The position numbers and the translations under genes were made by a program. A DNA stretch of 64,000 nt from a virus (Duplodnaviria; Caudoviricetes): the IMG/VR virus record IMGVR_UViG_3300049141_000098, positions 160,001 to 224,000 of that record. One strand, 5' to 3'. Each line of letters opens with the position of its first letter. The stretch's first letter is position 1. Of the stretch, positions 17,918 through 26,353 are shown piece by piece. Below the pieces are notes generated by a model. That model did no database searches, had not been told where the DNA came from, and saw nothing but the letters and a program-made list of their open reading frames with translations.

Positions 17918-18166
17918 TTACGACTTGTTGTACTGCGGATCCGGACTGCTCCCCCACAGACTCAGCACTCGACCGTCCTTCAGCACCAACGAGCAGGTTT
18001 CTCGCTGACCGGCGTTCACCGAGTTCCACATCTGAAGGGCCTGCTGCTTGGCATCGTCGGCGGCTTCGCCGAGCGTGATCAGGATCGCCGTGACGGCGGC
18101 CATGACCTCGCCGCCGTCGTACAGGGTGACCTGTACGGCATGGCCGATGCGATAGTCCCAGCTCAT
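17918..18166 (-). CDS. Paralog array member 5
   Basis: V.A..TAIL..LG...A and L.DGR.L.LW pattern. Confidence 0.75.
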   Translation of the reverse strand: MSWDYRIGHAVQVTLYDGGEVMAAVTAILITLGEAADDAKQQALQMWNSVNAGQRETCSLVLKDGRVLSLWGSSPDPQYNKS

Positions 18167-18390
18167 GCGCGTTCCCACTCTCGATCGATCCGGACCCAGG
18201 TCTCCTCGGCCACCCACTGGTGGTGAATCAGAGCGGCCGTGGCTCCCCGCTGCGCCTGCTGTCCACGCTTCCGAGCCTCCTCGGCCGACGCTCCGAGACC
18301 CAGAGCAATGCCGGTTACGAGGGCCGTCAGGGCTGCCTCGCCGGTTACCAGCGTCCGCTCCCCGTTCATCGTCATGCTGTAGTCCGTCAC
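18163..18390 (-). CDS. Paralog array member 4
   Basis: LTALVTGIALGLG..A pattern; coupled. Confidence 0.7.
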   Translation of the reverse strand: MTDYSMTMNGERTLVTGEAALTALVTGIALGLGASAEEARKRGQQAQRGATAALIHHQWVAEETWVRIDREWERA

Positions 18391-18632
18391 GCCCGCACCT
18401 CCTCTGTCCACATGCGAACCTGCCGAGAGTCCGACAGTGTCATCGTCAAGCCGTCCGGCGCCCCCACTGTCATCAGGCAATCCACTGCCCCCTCGACGGC
18501 GTCGGCCGCTTCCTTGGGGTTCCAGCCACCGCCCAGCAGAATGCCGTAGAGGAGGGTATTCAGCTCGTCCGCAACCATGACGCTGATAGGGGTCCGCATT
18601 TCGTCCCCAACCGTGACCTTGCACAACCTCAT
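18387..18632 (-). CDS. Paralog array member 3
   Basis: LNTLLYGILLGGGW...A, LSDSRQVRMW. Confidence 0.75.
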   Translation of the reverse strand: MRLCKVTVGDEMRTPISVMVADELNTLLYGILLGGGWNPKEAADAVEGAVDCLMTVGAPDGLTMTLSDSRQVRMWTEEVRA

Positions 18633-18874
18633 GCCCCCTCCTCCCACCAGGCCCGGACCCAGTCCCCATCGGGACGAACGTCAGTGACCTTGTTGTCCGG
18701 GGCGAACCGGCCACCCTTGCCCAGACGCAAGGCCGTGGTGCGGGCGGTCGAGTCGGCGCTCCCCTCGCTCCATCCGTGCTCCGTGAGCAGGGCGGTCAGG
18801 TGTGTCTGAACTTCTTCCGGCGTGCTCATTTCGCGCGGCTCATCGGCGCCGACCTGGATCACGTAGGTCTTCAC
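18629..18874 (-). CDS. Paralog array member 2
   Basis: VQTHLTALLTEHGW...A, PDGDWVRAW. Confidence 0.75.
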   Translation of the reverse strand: MKTYVIQVGADEPREMSTPEEVQTHLTALLTEHGWSEGSADSTARTTALRLGKGGRFAPDNKVTDVRPDGDWVRAWWEEGA

Positions 18875-19119
18875 TCGTCACCCTCCCCCGGCTGCACGAC
18901 GCTCAGCCGCAGAACCCGGCCGTCCTCCAGCCTCTCCACGGGCTCGTCCTTGGACTTCACGACAGAGTCGACCAGCTTGTTGACCCGGTCCCGAGCCTGC
19001 CAGCCCGGGACGCCCTGACCGATCATGAGGCCGAACAGCATGGCCCACAGTCGGCCGCTGTCGTTGGTGGTGTACTCCAGGCCGCCGTCGATCTGCACCC
19101 AGTAGTGCTCTTCGTTCAC
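18871..19119 (-). CDS. Paralog array member 1
   Basis: LWAMLFGLMIGQG...A, LEDGRVLRL. Confidence 0.75.
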   Translation of the reverse strand: MNEEHYWVQIDGGLEYTTNDSGRLWAMLFGLMIGQGVPGWQARDRVNKLVDSVVKSKDEPVERLEDGRVLRLSVVQPGEGDE

Positions 19120-19193
19120 TTTTCTCTCCTTTCCGTTCCGGTGGTCCACCAAGGGACACGGGCTGCGCCCGTATCCCCTAGAAGCTGACCGGC

Positions 19194-19427
19194 TCAGTGA
19201 TGCGCAAGGCGGGCAACGTACTGTCTGCCCGAACTGCGCATGTTGTCCGCCACAGGGGCGACCGCGACTTCCATGGCGCATCCCGGACAGGAGACCTTCT
19301 CGCCTTGCTCGTAGGGCCCCGGGTCGGGCGTCCACGGGCCCATCCCGTTGAACGGATCGACCGGCTGCGTCCAGCGGCTCACTGTTCCACCGCTGCGCAC
19401 ACAGGGTTCCTGCGTCCCCTCAGCCAC
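19194..19427 (-). CDS. Hypothetical Zn-ribbon protein
   Basis: C..SG...CPGC...H pattern. Confidence 0.65.
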   Translation of the reverse strand: MAEGTQEPCVRSGGTVSRWTQPVDPFNGMGPWTPDPGPYEQGEKVSCPGCAMEVAVAPVADNMRSSGRQYVARLAHH

Positions 19428-19707
19428 GACCTACCTCGCCCCAGTTGTCACGGAGCCAGATCAGCTCGGCGATCATCTTGTCCAGCTCGTCGCGATTGAG
19501 GTCCACGGTGTGCCCGTTGCAGCCGTCGGCGTACTCCGGCACGCCCTCTGCCTTCGTGACGAACGTGAGGGTGTCGACTCCGTGATAGCCCTGATACAGG
19601 TCGAGCGAGTACCTGTCCTCCGAGCCGTACGGCCGCAGGTATGTCCACTTCAGGCCCATCGGGCCGGTCGGCTCGTCCTTCTTGTCGCCCACGTTCTCTC
19701 CTTCCAT
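19420..19707 (-). CDS. Hypothetical protein
   Basis: ORF track. Confidence 0.7.
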   Translation of the reverse strand: MEGENVGDKKDEPTGPMGLKWTYLRPYGSEDRYSLDLYQGYHGVDTLTFVTKAEGVPEYADGCNGHTVDLNRDELDKMIAELIWLRDNWGEVGRG

Positions 19708-20040
19708 TCAGATCTCCATGCGGTACCGGACGACTCCCGCCCGGCTCCCGGTGCGAACGGTGGCCCACACGCTGTCTTCGTCAGCATTTGTCTCGACGAA
19801 GCAAGGGACCGGAAATTCCATGTCTGGAGTCTTGATCAGCAGGTGATCCCAGGCGTCGTCCTCGTCCATGTCGCCGTGCCAGATCTGACCCAGCAGATCA
19901 CTCACCCGCTCCGGGTGCATAAGTCCGGTCGAGCCGTCGCGTGCGACGGCAATGAAGATGGTTGGCACCCTTTTAGCATCGGCCCAGACTGCCGCATGCA
20001 GCTCCGTCTTGCCGTTGATGAGGAGTGGAATTCCTGCCAT
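19708..20040 (-). CDS. Hypothetical protein, paralog of 20064-20381
   Basis: Shared IW.GD...D.W..LLI.T..M..PVPC.VE. Confidence 0.8.
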   Translation of the reverse strand: MAGIPLLINGKTELHAAVWADAKRVPTIFIAVARDGSTGLMHPERVSDLLGQIWHGDMDEDDAWDHLLIKTPDMEFPVPCFVETNADEDSVWATVRTGSRAGVVRYRMEI

Positions 20041-20063
20041 GGCTCTTCTCCTTCTTCGTGTTC

Positions 20064-20381
20064 TCAGATCTTCATCGCGTACAGGGCGACACCGTCTGCG
20101 CCACGGAATACCGCCGTGTGATCCGTGGCGTTCGGATCACGCTCGACGGTGCACGGCACCGGGAGCGGCATGCGATCGGTCATGATCAGAAGGGCAGTCC
20201 ATGTGTCCGCAGGCAGATCGCCCCGCCAGATGGCGGCGATCATCTTGGCCACATGGTCCCGGTCGAACATCCCGAGATCGCCTTCCTGGACCATCAGGAA
20301 CACTGCGTCGGCGCGCTCTGGATCCCACCACGCCTCGACTGGGGAGCCGTCACTGGCGGTCTTGATGTGAATGCTGCTCAC
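20064..20381 (-). CDS. Hypothetical protein, paralog of 19708-20040
   Basis: As above. Confidence 0.8.
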   Translation of the reverse strand: MSSIHIKTASDGSPVEAWWDPERADAVFLMVQEGDLGMFDRDHVAKMIAAIWRGDLPADTWTALLIMTDRMPLPVPCTVERDPNATDHTAVFRGADGVALYAMKI

Positions 20382-20402
20382 GCCTTTGTCTCTCCTCGCG
20401 TC

Positions 20403-20741
20403 TCAGTGTTCGCCGAGGTATCGCACGGCGTGCATCAGCTCTTCCGTGTGCTGGGTTACCGCGAAGGCGCGACGCTCATCCTCGGGAGTGAACCCGTCGG
20501 GCTCCTCGGTGGTCACCGCCGTCTGATACTCCGTCGCCAGGCTGGTCAGGTCGATGTACGTCTCCACCTGACCTGGCGACAGAGACGGCGTTCCCGGCTC
20601 CTTGAACTTGGCCTGCATCTCTTCTGCGGCCAGCCGCAGAGCGGGGATCTCCTCTCCGCTGGCGATGCGAGCCACCTCGATCAGCAGCTCCCGGATCGTG
20701 AAGCCGGAGAGCGCCCCCGGGTGGTCGATGCCGATGCTCAC
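20403..20741 (-). CDS. Hypothetical protein
   Basis: ORF track. Confidence 0.7.
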   Translation of the reverse strand: MSIGIDHPGALSGFTIRELLIEVARIASGEEIPALRLAAEEMQAKFKEPGTPSLSPGQVETYIDLTSLATEYQTAVTTEEPDGFTPEDERRAFAVTQHTEELMHAVRYLGEH

Positions 20742-21028
20742 TTCTTGTCCCCTTCCGACCAGACGGCCAGGTTCTCGTGACGATCGAACAACTCACTGGT
20801 TTCACCCCGGGTCAGGTTTTCCCACGCCTCGATGGCCCTCCAGGGCTTATCGAGGCCAGCCGCGAGCATGAGGTGCGCGCAGAACGTGAGGTCACCTACC
20901 ACATGGTTGTGCGTGATGACGAAGCAGGCATATCCCGCCCCCTGAGGCAGGTCCCTCAGCCATCCCAGGAACACACCCTTAACGACGGGGTCTCCCTCGA
21001 TCCGGCGAGGCATCTCCTTGACGTGCAT
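20738..21028 (-). CDS. Hypothetical protein
   Basis: ATG 21028. Confidence 0.7.
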   Translation of the reverse strand: MHVKEMPRRIEGDPVVKGVFLGWLRDLPQGAGYACFVITHNHVVGDLTFCAHLMLAAGLDKPWRAIEAWENLTRGETSELFDRHENLAVWSEGDKK

Positions 21029-21101
21029 ATCTCTCTTCTCTTTCCTCCCGAGCTGACAGGACTCCACGGCGTCCCCAAAATGGAGGCGCCGCAGGCTCCC
21101 G

Positions 21102-21512
21102 TCAGAACGGTGCTTGCTGCTTCTCGGGAGTGAAGGGGCTCCCCTCCATCGTCTTCACCTCGAAGTTGCTCCGCCGCAAATCCATGACGGCGTAACCCAC
21201 CAGCTCCTCGACCACGTCGGCGAGGTCATCCCGGTCGATTCGGCCGTCCGGCATCTCGCCCCACTCGACACCGTCTCGCTTCTGCCGGGCGCCGACGTGA
21301 TCGACGAGATCCTCCCCCAGGGGTGTGACGGTGACCGTCACGAACTGCCAGCTCCCGCGCGCGAGGCTGAGCTGTTCCGTTGCGGTGTAGGCGTCGTAGT
21401 CCTTGGTCAGCAGGTCATCGTCGGGGGTGAGTTCCACCTTGAAGTCCATGTTCTCGACTCCCCAGGTCCCGCCCCGAACCGTCCACCAGTCGATCATGTT
21501 CATGCTCTTCAT
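21102..21512 (-). CDS. Hypothetical acidic protein
   Basis: ATG 21512; W.FVTVTV..GVEWG pattern. Confidence 0.75.
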   Translation of the reverse strand: MKSMNMIDWWTVRGGTWGVENMDFKVELTPDDDLLTKDYDAYTATEQLSLARGSWQFVTVTVTPLGEDLVDHVGARQKRDGVEWGEMPDGRIDRDDLADVVEELVGYAVMDLRRSNFEVKTMEGSPFTPEKQQAPF

Positions 21513-21561
21513 CCTCTCCGTTTCCACTGACAACGGGCCTCACCCGTCCGTCATCAGTTGG

Positions 21562-21774
21562 TCAGACCACGATCTGGCCCGTCCCTCCGCCCAGTCCCCA
21601 TTTCACGATCTGGGCCTGGGTGTAGAACGTCTGAAGGCCATCGCGGGTCTTCCGCGCCTCCTGCAACTCGGCCTGTTCGGTCTCCAGTTGCTCGATGACC
21701 GTGTGCGCCCGCCACTCCGCCCCCTTGGAGGCGTCGTACGGCTCACTTGGAACGTAGACCTGCACCTCGTACAC
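21562..21774 (-). CDS. Hypothetical protein
   Basis: ORF track. Confidence 0.65.
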   Translation of the reverse strand: MYEVQVYVPSEPYDASKGAEWRAHTVIEQLETEQAELQEARKTRDGLQTFYTQAQIVKWGLGGGTGQIVV

Positions 21775-21816
21775 GCCCGTCTCCCCTCTTTGTTCTGACT
21801 CCTGACGGCCAACTCC

Positions 21817-21847
21817 CCGGCGGCCGGACCCGAAGGACCGGCCGCCA
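21817..21847 (-). terminator. GC-rich intergenic hairpin
   Basis: GGCGGCCGG/CCGGCCGCC inverted repeat. Confidence 0.5.
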
Positions 21848-21863
21848 GAGGGATGAGTCAGAC

Positions 21864-22064
21864 TTAGATCTCGTCCACTGTGACCCGGAAGCGGCGCACG
21901 GCCTCTCGGTCGGTGGGGCTGTACGGATCGTCGGTCACGACCTCGATCACCACGCCCGGCTCGGCGGGGTCCGGGCCAACCAGCTCTGCCGATTCGATTC
22001 CTTCCGGGCCGTACTTCCCGAGCAGTGCTTTCTGGATTGCGTACCGAAGCTCGATCTTGTTCAC
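21864..22064 (-). CDS. Hypothetical protein
   Basis: ORF track. Confidence 0.7.
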   Translation of the reverse strand: MNKIELRYAIQKALLGKYGPEGIESAELVGPDPAEPGVVIEVVTDDPYSPTDREAVRRFRVTVDEI

Positions 22065-22107
22065 CCTGCCACCCTTCTTCTGTGCGGACCGAACGTTGCC
22101 GGTTGCG

Positions 22108-22578
22108 TCAGTCCTCTTCGAAGAGGTAAACGGTGTCGGCCGAACCCGTGGTCGCCGCCTCGATGAAGACCAGATGGTTCACCCACGGAGAACCGGACTC
22201 GGCGAAGTCGTCCCAGTTGAAAGAGTCCATGCCGCCGGACTCGTCCAGCACCTCCCAGAGCTTGCCCAGGTCGAACTCGTCGTGCTCGGCGTGGGCCTTG
22301 AGGACTGCACCCTTCTCGTGGCCTGACCCCTTGAAGGTGCGCTCAGCGAAGCCCTCGACCTCATGGACGTTCACGTGCTCGCTCAGGTGGTCCTCGACGA
22401 AGTCGGCCAGGGCGATGACCATGTCGGGGCCGTGCTTCTCGTTCAGCTCACCGAGGGCGTTGACCCAGTCCTGGAGGTCTTCGTCCCCTTCGGCGGGCTC
22501 CTCGGCGTCGATCTCGTAGCCGCTGTACAGCAGTCCGTTGATGACCTCGACGGCCAGCTTCTTCGTGAGCTTGTCCAC
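22108..22578 (-). CDS. Acidic protein, ArdA-like antirestriction/DNA-mimic candidate
   Basis: 38 D/E vs 9 K/R in 156 aa (hand count); F.G.....FNWDDFAE...VYLF tail resembles ArdA C-terminus. Confidence 0.55.
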   Translation of the reverse strand: MDKLTKKLAVEVINGLLYSGYEIDAEEPAEGDEDLQDWVNALGELNEKHGPDMVIALADFVEDHLSEHVNVHEVEGFAERTFKGSGHEKGAVLKAHAEHDEFDLGKLWEVLDESGGMDSFNWDDFAESGSPWVNHLVFIEAATTGSADTVYLFEED

Positions 22579-22597
22579 GTGCCCTTCTCCTTTTTCC

Positions 22598-23044
22598 TCA
22601 GAACTTCGGGGCGTCGCTCCAGTTGGCGACGTGCCCGTTCTCGTCGTTGCACCACGGCCCCGGGTAGGCGAACTTCGGGTTCGTCGTGATCCAGTAAGGA
22701 TCGATCCTGTACAGATCCCAGCGAACCTGCCCCCACTGCTGACCCTGGTCGTTCTTGCGCTGAAGAGACGTCATCAATTCCCGGGCGACCGGCTCGAACC
22801 TGTTCCAGAAGGGGTGTCGGGAGTCGTCGACGGTCTCGTTCTCTCGGTCAAGATCTTTCAGCGTCCCAACCGACGCACCCAGCCGGATCAGGATCTCACC
22901 GACCAGGCAGCAGGGGCTCCCGTGCCGGGCGTACCGGCCGCGCAATCCACTGTTGGCCGCTTCGTCCCGACGGCCAGGGTCGGAGTCGACAACCTCGTTC
23001 ATGACCCGGACTACGTCATCCAGGGTGTAGCGGTAGCGAGGCAC
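22598..23044 (-). CDS. Conserved actinophage-type hypothetical protein
   Basis: Y...G.PCCLVG.IL..LG and Q..ND.G..WG pattern. Confidence 0.75.
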   Translation of the reverse strand: MPRYRYTLDDVVRVMNEVVDSDPGRRDEAANSGLRGRYARHGSPCCLVGEILIRLGASVGTLKDLDRENETVDDSRHPFWNRFEPVARELMTSLQRKNDQGQQWGQVRWDLYRIDPYWITTNPKFAYPGPWCNDENGHVANWSDAPKF

Positions 23045-23046
23045 GG

Positions 23047-23337
23047 TCAGTACTCCCGATCCTGGTCAATGCGTACAAGGTCAGTGTCGTCCGGGTCGAT
23101 CCCCAGAGCCCGCATCCACCGCTTCACGGCCTTCAGTGCACTTCTGTCGGTGCCATAGAAGTCCGCCCGAGTCGTCTGGCCGTCCCGGTCCTTGTCGCCG
23201 TACGAGTCCTCGACGTACCAGCGGCTCTCCGTGTGCTTGCCGATCAGCGCCTGCGGAGACTCGGGGAATCCGTGATCACCCGTGATCAGGGCGAGTCCTC
23301 TGCCAGGCCCTGTCATGTCCAGCTTGACGACGATCAC
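23047..23337 (-). CDS. Hypothetical protein
   Basis: GTG 23337 coupled. Confidence 0.7.
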   Translation of the reverse strand: MIVVKLDMTGPGRGLALITGDHGFPESPQALIGKHTESRWYVEDSYGDKDRDGQTTRADFYGTDRSALKAVKRWMRALGIDPDDTDLVRIDQDREY

Positions 23338-23564
23338 GCCCGCTCCTTCCGCAGCCGGACCTCCCGGCCGTCGGGCAGGTTGAAGCTGCACGGAGCGTGT
23401 TCGTTGTGCATGCGGGGCAGATCCTCCCAGAGCTGACCTGTGGCTTCGTCGCTGAACTGGGCGCCTTGCAGCAGACCTGCCAGGAAGTACCGAAACTCCT
23501 CTTCCTTCGGCGTACGCAGTGACAGCGCTCCGTCGATCTCGATGATGTTGAAGACCTTCTGCAC
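23334..23564 (-). CDS. Hypothetical protein
   Basis: ORF track; LPDGREVRL tail like array 17918-19119. Confidence 0.7.
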   Translation of the reverse strand: MQKVFNIIEIDGALSLRTPKEEEFRYFLAGLLQGAQFSDEATGQLWEDLPRMHNEHAPCSFNLPDGREVRLRKERA

Positions 23565-23617
23565 CTCGTCCCCTCCTTCCCGAGTCCCGGACCCTCCCCG
23601 GGCCCCTGCATCCTACT

Positions 23618-23627
23618 GACCTAGGCC
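23618..23627. promoter_or_regulatory. Palindrome C6 in the spacer of a leftward promoter
   Basis: Minus strand TGGACG-N17-TAGGAT with GGCCTAGGTC in the spacer. Confidence 0.8.
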
Positions 23628-23664
23628 ACTTTCGTCCATCGAACTGCCGTCGAGTGCAGGACAC

Positions 23665-23916
23665 TTACTCCATGTCGGCGATCTTCACGATGACGCGAGG
23701 AGAACCCCACTCCAGCTTCCGGTCATGCGGCGGCGGATAGTCGGCCTTCTCGTCATGTTCCAGCAGGACCATCCCGCCAGGACCGCCTAGCTCCCGGACC
23801 GTGCAGAGCATGCCGCCCTTCCAGCCGAGCGCCTTGCCGCCCGTTCTGCCCCCTTCCACCCTGAAGTACTCGACGCGGTCCTCGACATTCAGCGGTGCTC
23901 CGTTCCGGTCCTTCAC
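23665..23916 (-). CDS. Hypothetical SH3/KOW-like protein
   Basis: DRNG..L.V.DRVEY pattern. Confidence 0.7.
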   Translation of the reverse strand: MKDRNGAPLNVEDRVEYFRVEGGRTGGKALGWKGGMLCTVRELGGPGGMVLLEHDEKADYPPPHDRKLEWGSPRVIVKIADME

Positions 23917-24287
23917 TGCGTCTCCTCGCCCTTAGTACGGTTGAACCGGGGGTTACTCCCCAGGCTTTTGAACACGGCCTCCCATGGATTCGGAAGCTCC
24001 CGGTCCAGGGCCAAAACCTCGAACTCCCAGAGGTCGAAGAAGTCCGTCACCCACAGTTCGCTGCGACGCGAAGCGCGGGCGATCCGGCGGCTGACCTCCC
24101 CTTCAGGGTGACCGTCGGGGAACTCTTCGAGTACGGCGTCCAGTACGCGCACGTGAAGGTCCAGTAGCGCATGGACCGCCCCGATCTCCATCTCGAAGTG
24201 AGCAGCCAGACGCTGCTCGATGATCTCCTGCCGGGTCCCGGCGACCGTCTCGCCGGGACCGCAGGTACACGCCAGCTCAGCGGCCAC
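23913..24287 (-). CDS. Hypothetical protein
   Basis: ORF track. Confidence 0.7.
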   Translation of the reverse strand: MAAELACTCGPGETVAGTRQEIIEQRLAAHFEMEIGAVHALLDLHVRVLDAVLEEFPDGHPEGEVSRRIARASRRSELWVTDFFDLWEFEVLALDRELPNPWEAVFKSLGSNPRFNRTKGEETQ

Positions 24288-24795
24288 GCTGGACCACCTT
24301 GCAGGTGCACGGCGAGCCGATCGGCTCCGGGCAGACCTGCCGGTCCGACTCGGCCAGACCCCAGGCTCCAGAGGCGGACGTCCAGCCGCTCTCGTAGACC
24401 GTGTCGGGGTCGTGAACCCGGTACCGGTTGTTCGGGTGGAAGCCCTTCACGGTGGCGTGTACGTAGATGTACGGCTCAGTCACGTCGCCCACCAGGGCGC
24501 AACGGATCAGCTCCGTGTTCATCTCGTCCAGCCATGCCAGCCGATCCCGGTCTTCCGCGAGATCGGCGTGCAGCATGTTGACGCGGTCGATGTCCACACC
24601 GTTGCTGGCCAGGGTCTCCCAAGCCATGCCGTTCCGGTTCTCAGGGGAAACCAGGTCGGAGATCCAGGCGCCGAGTTCCGTGTCGCCGTACCCGAACTCG
24701 TCTCCGTGGGCGATCTCCCGCAGGAACTCCGCCAGCGCGGGTTCGCTCCAGACCCAGTGGATCAGTTTGATCGTCGTCTGGTTCACGTATCTCAT
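24277..24795 (-). CDS. Hypothetical acidic protein
   Basis: ATG 24795 after CGGAAAGG. Confidence 0.75.
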   Translation of the reverse strand: MRYVNQTTIKLIHWVWSEPALAEFLREIAHGDEFGYGDTELGAWISDLVSPENRNGMAWETLASNGVDIDRVNMLHADLAEDRDRLAWLDEMNTELIRCALVGDVTEPYIYVHATVKGFHPNNRYRVHDPDTVYESGWTSASGAWGLAESDRQVCPEPIGSPCTCKVVQRGR

Positions 24796-24812
24796 CCTTT
24801 CCGGTCCCGTAT

Positions 24813-24850
24813 GCACTGGAGAACAGGGTTCACCCTGTTCTCCCGAACGC
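24813..24850 (-). repeat. Hairpin element A1
   Basis: GCACT-GGAGAACAGGG-TTCA-CCCTGTTCTCC-CGAACGC (plus strand). Confidence 0.85.
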
Positions 24851-24861
24851 ACCGGCAGGGG

Positions 24862-25833
24862 TCAGCGACCCTCGCGCCGGGCCTTGTCGACCTCCTTGAC
24901 GGCCTTCTTCCGCAGCGGCTCGATCACCGCATCGATCTCCCCCTGCGTCGGCTCCGCGCCGATCGCCAGACCGCTCTCCTTCCAGGCCACCGCGCGGGCA
25001 AGGTGTTGGATGTTGCGCTCATGAGCGCCGTCCTCATCACCCCAGGCGTACTGATACCAGCACTCCTGCTTCAGCTCCGTACGAGCCGTGCGCAGCGTCT
25101 TGATGACGGACCCGGTCTGCTGGCCGTCACGGTTCACCTCCTCCCGCAGGGGAGTGCCGTCGGGCAGGGTGATGACTCCGGCCGCCGCCTTGGCCTTCTT
25201 CTCTTCCCGCTTGACGCGCTCCGCCTCTCGCTGCTCGGCCCGCTTCTCCTCTTCGGGTGTGAGCAGTGTCGACTCTCCCGCCTTCAGCCCCTTGGCTACG
25301 GGGGCCGAGGGATAGCACACCGTGCATGCCCGATCCTTGATCAGGTCGACGATCTCCGTCTCGCCCATCCCGGACAGTCGCCAGAATCGGTGCATCGAGG
25401 TTCGCTTACCGCCCCGGTGGCAGGTGGTGCACCGGTTGGTCTTGTGCGCGTGCCCGTCGGTGACCAGGAACGACCGGGTCCACCTGCCCCGACGCTGCCA
25501 CTCTGTCTCGAACTTGTCCTCGACCTTGGTCACTTCGTCGATCATCGCGAGGGCGTCTTCGTAATTCCGCAGGAGCACGGCCGCCGGTCCCTGGGGGCTT
25601 TCCTTGGCCTGAGCGGTCACCTTGTCGAGCGCCTCACGGAAGGGCAGGTACGCGCGGTTGCGGTAACGATCCCCGGTGGCCTGCGTCTCGATACGTTCCT
25701 CGGCGACGTACCTGCGGTGGTACGCCAGGTCCATCATCGAATCCACAGCACCCAGCAGCTCATCCACCTGGGGCGGGGTCATCCCCTGCAACTGCTCAGG
25801 CGTGGTCGCTTCGGCTTCCTTGTACGTCTTCAC
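24862..25833 (-). CDS. Conserved actinophage-type Zn-binding hypothetical protein
   Basis: WTRSFLV..GH.H....CTTC and ACTVCYPSAPV motifs; bracketed by A1/A2. Confidence 0.85.
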   Translation of the reverse strand: MKTYKEAEATTPEQLQGMTPPQVDELLGAVDSMMDLAYHRRYVAEERIETQATGDRYRNRAYLPFREALDKVTAQAKESPQGPAAVLLRNYEDALAMIDEVTKVEDKFETEWQRRGRWTRSFLVTDGHAHKTNRCTTCHRGGKRTSMHRFWRLSGMGETEIVDLIKDRACTVCYPSAPVAKGLKAGESTLLTPEEEKRAEQREAERVKREEKKAKAAAGVITLPDGTPLREEVNRDGQQTGSVIKTLRTARTELKQECWYQYAWGDEDGAHERNIQHLARAVAWKESGLAIGAEPTQGEIDAVIEPLRKKAVKEVDKARREGR

Positions 25834-25856
25834 GTTTCCCCTCTCCGATCCGATGT

Positions 25857-25895
25857 GCACTGGAGGGCGGGCCCAAGGCCCGCCCTCCCGAACGC
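25857..25895 (-). repeat. Hairpin element A2
   Basis: GCACT-GGAGGGCGGGCC-CAA-GGCCCGCCCTCC-CGAACGC. Confidence 0.85.
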
Positions 25896-25901
25896 ACCGG
25901 C

Positions 25902-26333
25902 TCAGAACCGCTCGCCGTCCCAATCGATGTCCCGCTCGCCGTTGAAGCGGCGAATGCATTTCAGGGCGTCAGCTTCGGCTTCCCGGGTCTTCTCGTCGTC
26001 GCTCCCGACGTAGGGGGCGGCATCGAGCGTCTTGTACCGGTAGTCGCACCAATTCTCCGTGTCACCGGGGTAGTTGACGTCGTCGCAGATCATGAACTCG
26101 ATCTGCATTTCGATCGTGAGCTTGCTCATGTCAAACTCGCAACCGTGAAACGTCTCGACCGAGCCATTCCGAGTCAAGATCTCGACCTCCGGCGCCATCG
26201 GATAGGCGGTCACCGTCAGTAGCCGCCCCGGCTTGTCCGTGTGCCTGAACCGAATGTGCGCAGCCTTCCCGACCTGAAGCGGGGAGTAGTCACCGTTGTC
26301 TGTCCAGGGCGCCGCGTGCAGTACCCAGCCCAT
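25902..26333 (-). CDS. Hypothetical protein, distant paralog of 26354-26890
   Basis: WVL, RFR..D.P, I.WDG shared. Confidence 0.75.
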   Translation of the reverse strand: MGWVLHAAPWTDNGDYSPLQVGKAAHIRFRHTDKPGRLLTVTAYPMAPEVEILTRNGSVETFHGCEFDMSKLTIEMQIEFMICDDVNYPGDTENWCDYRYKTLDAAPYVGSDDEKTREAEADALKCIRRFNGERDIDWDGERF

Positions 26334-26353
26334 CCCGTCCCTCTTTCCGTTCC

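Noticed and set aside
24220-26013. Long plus-strand ORFs (597 aa here; also 6162-7475, 49417-50829 and many others in 1-50 kb)
   Set aside because: Antisense shadows of real minus-strand genes, typical of high-GC codon bias; no SD; Arg/Pro/Gly-rich nonsense composition
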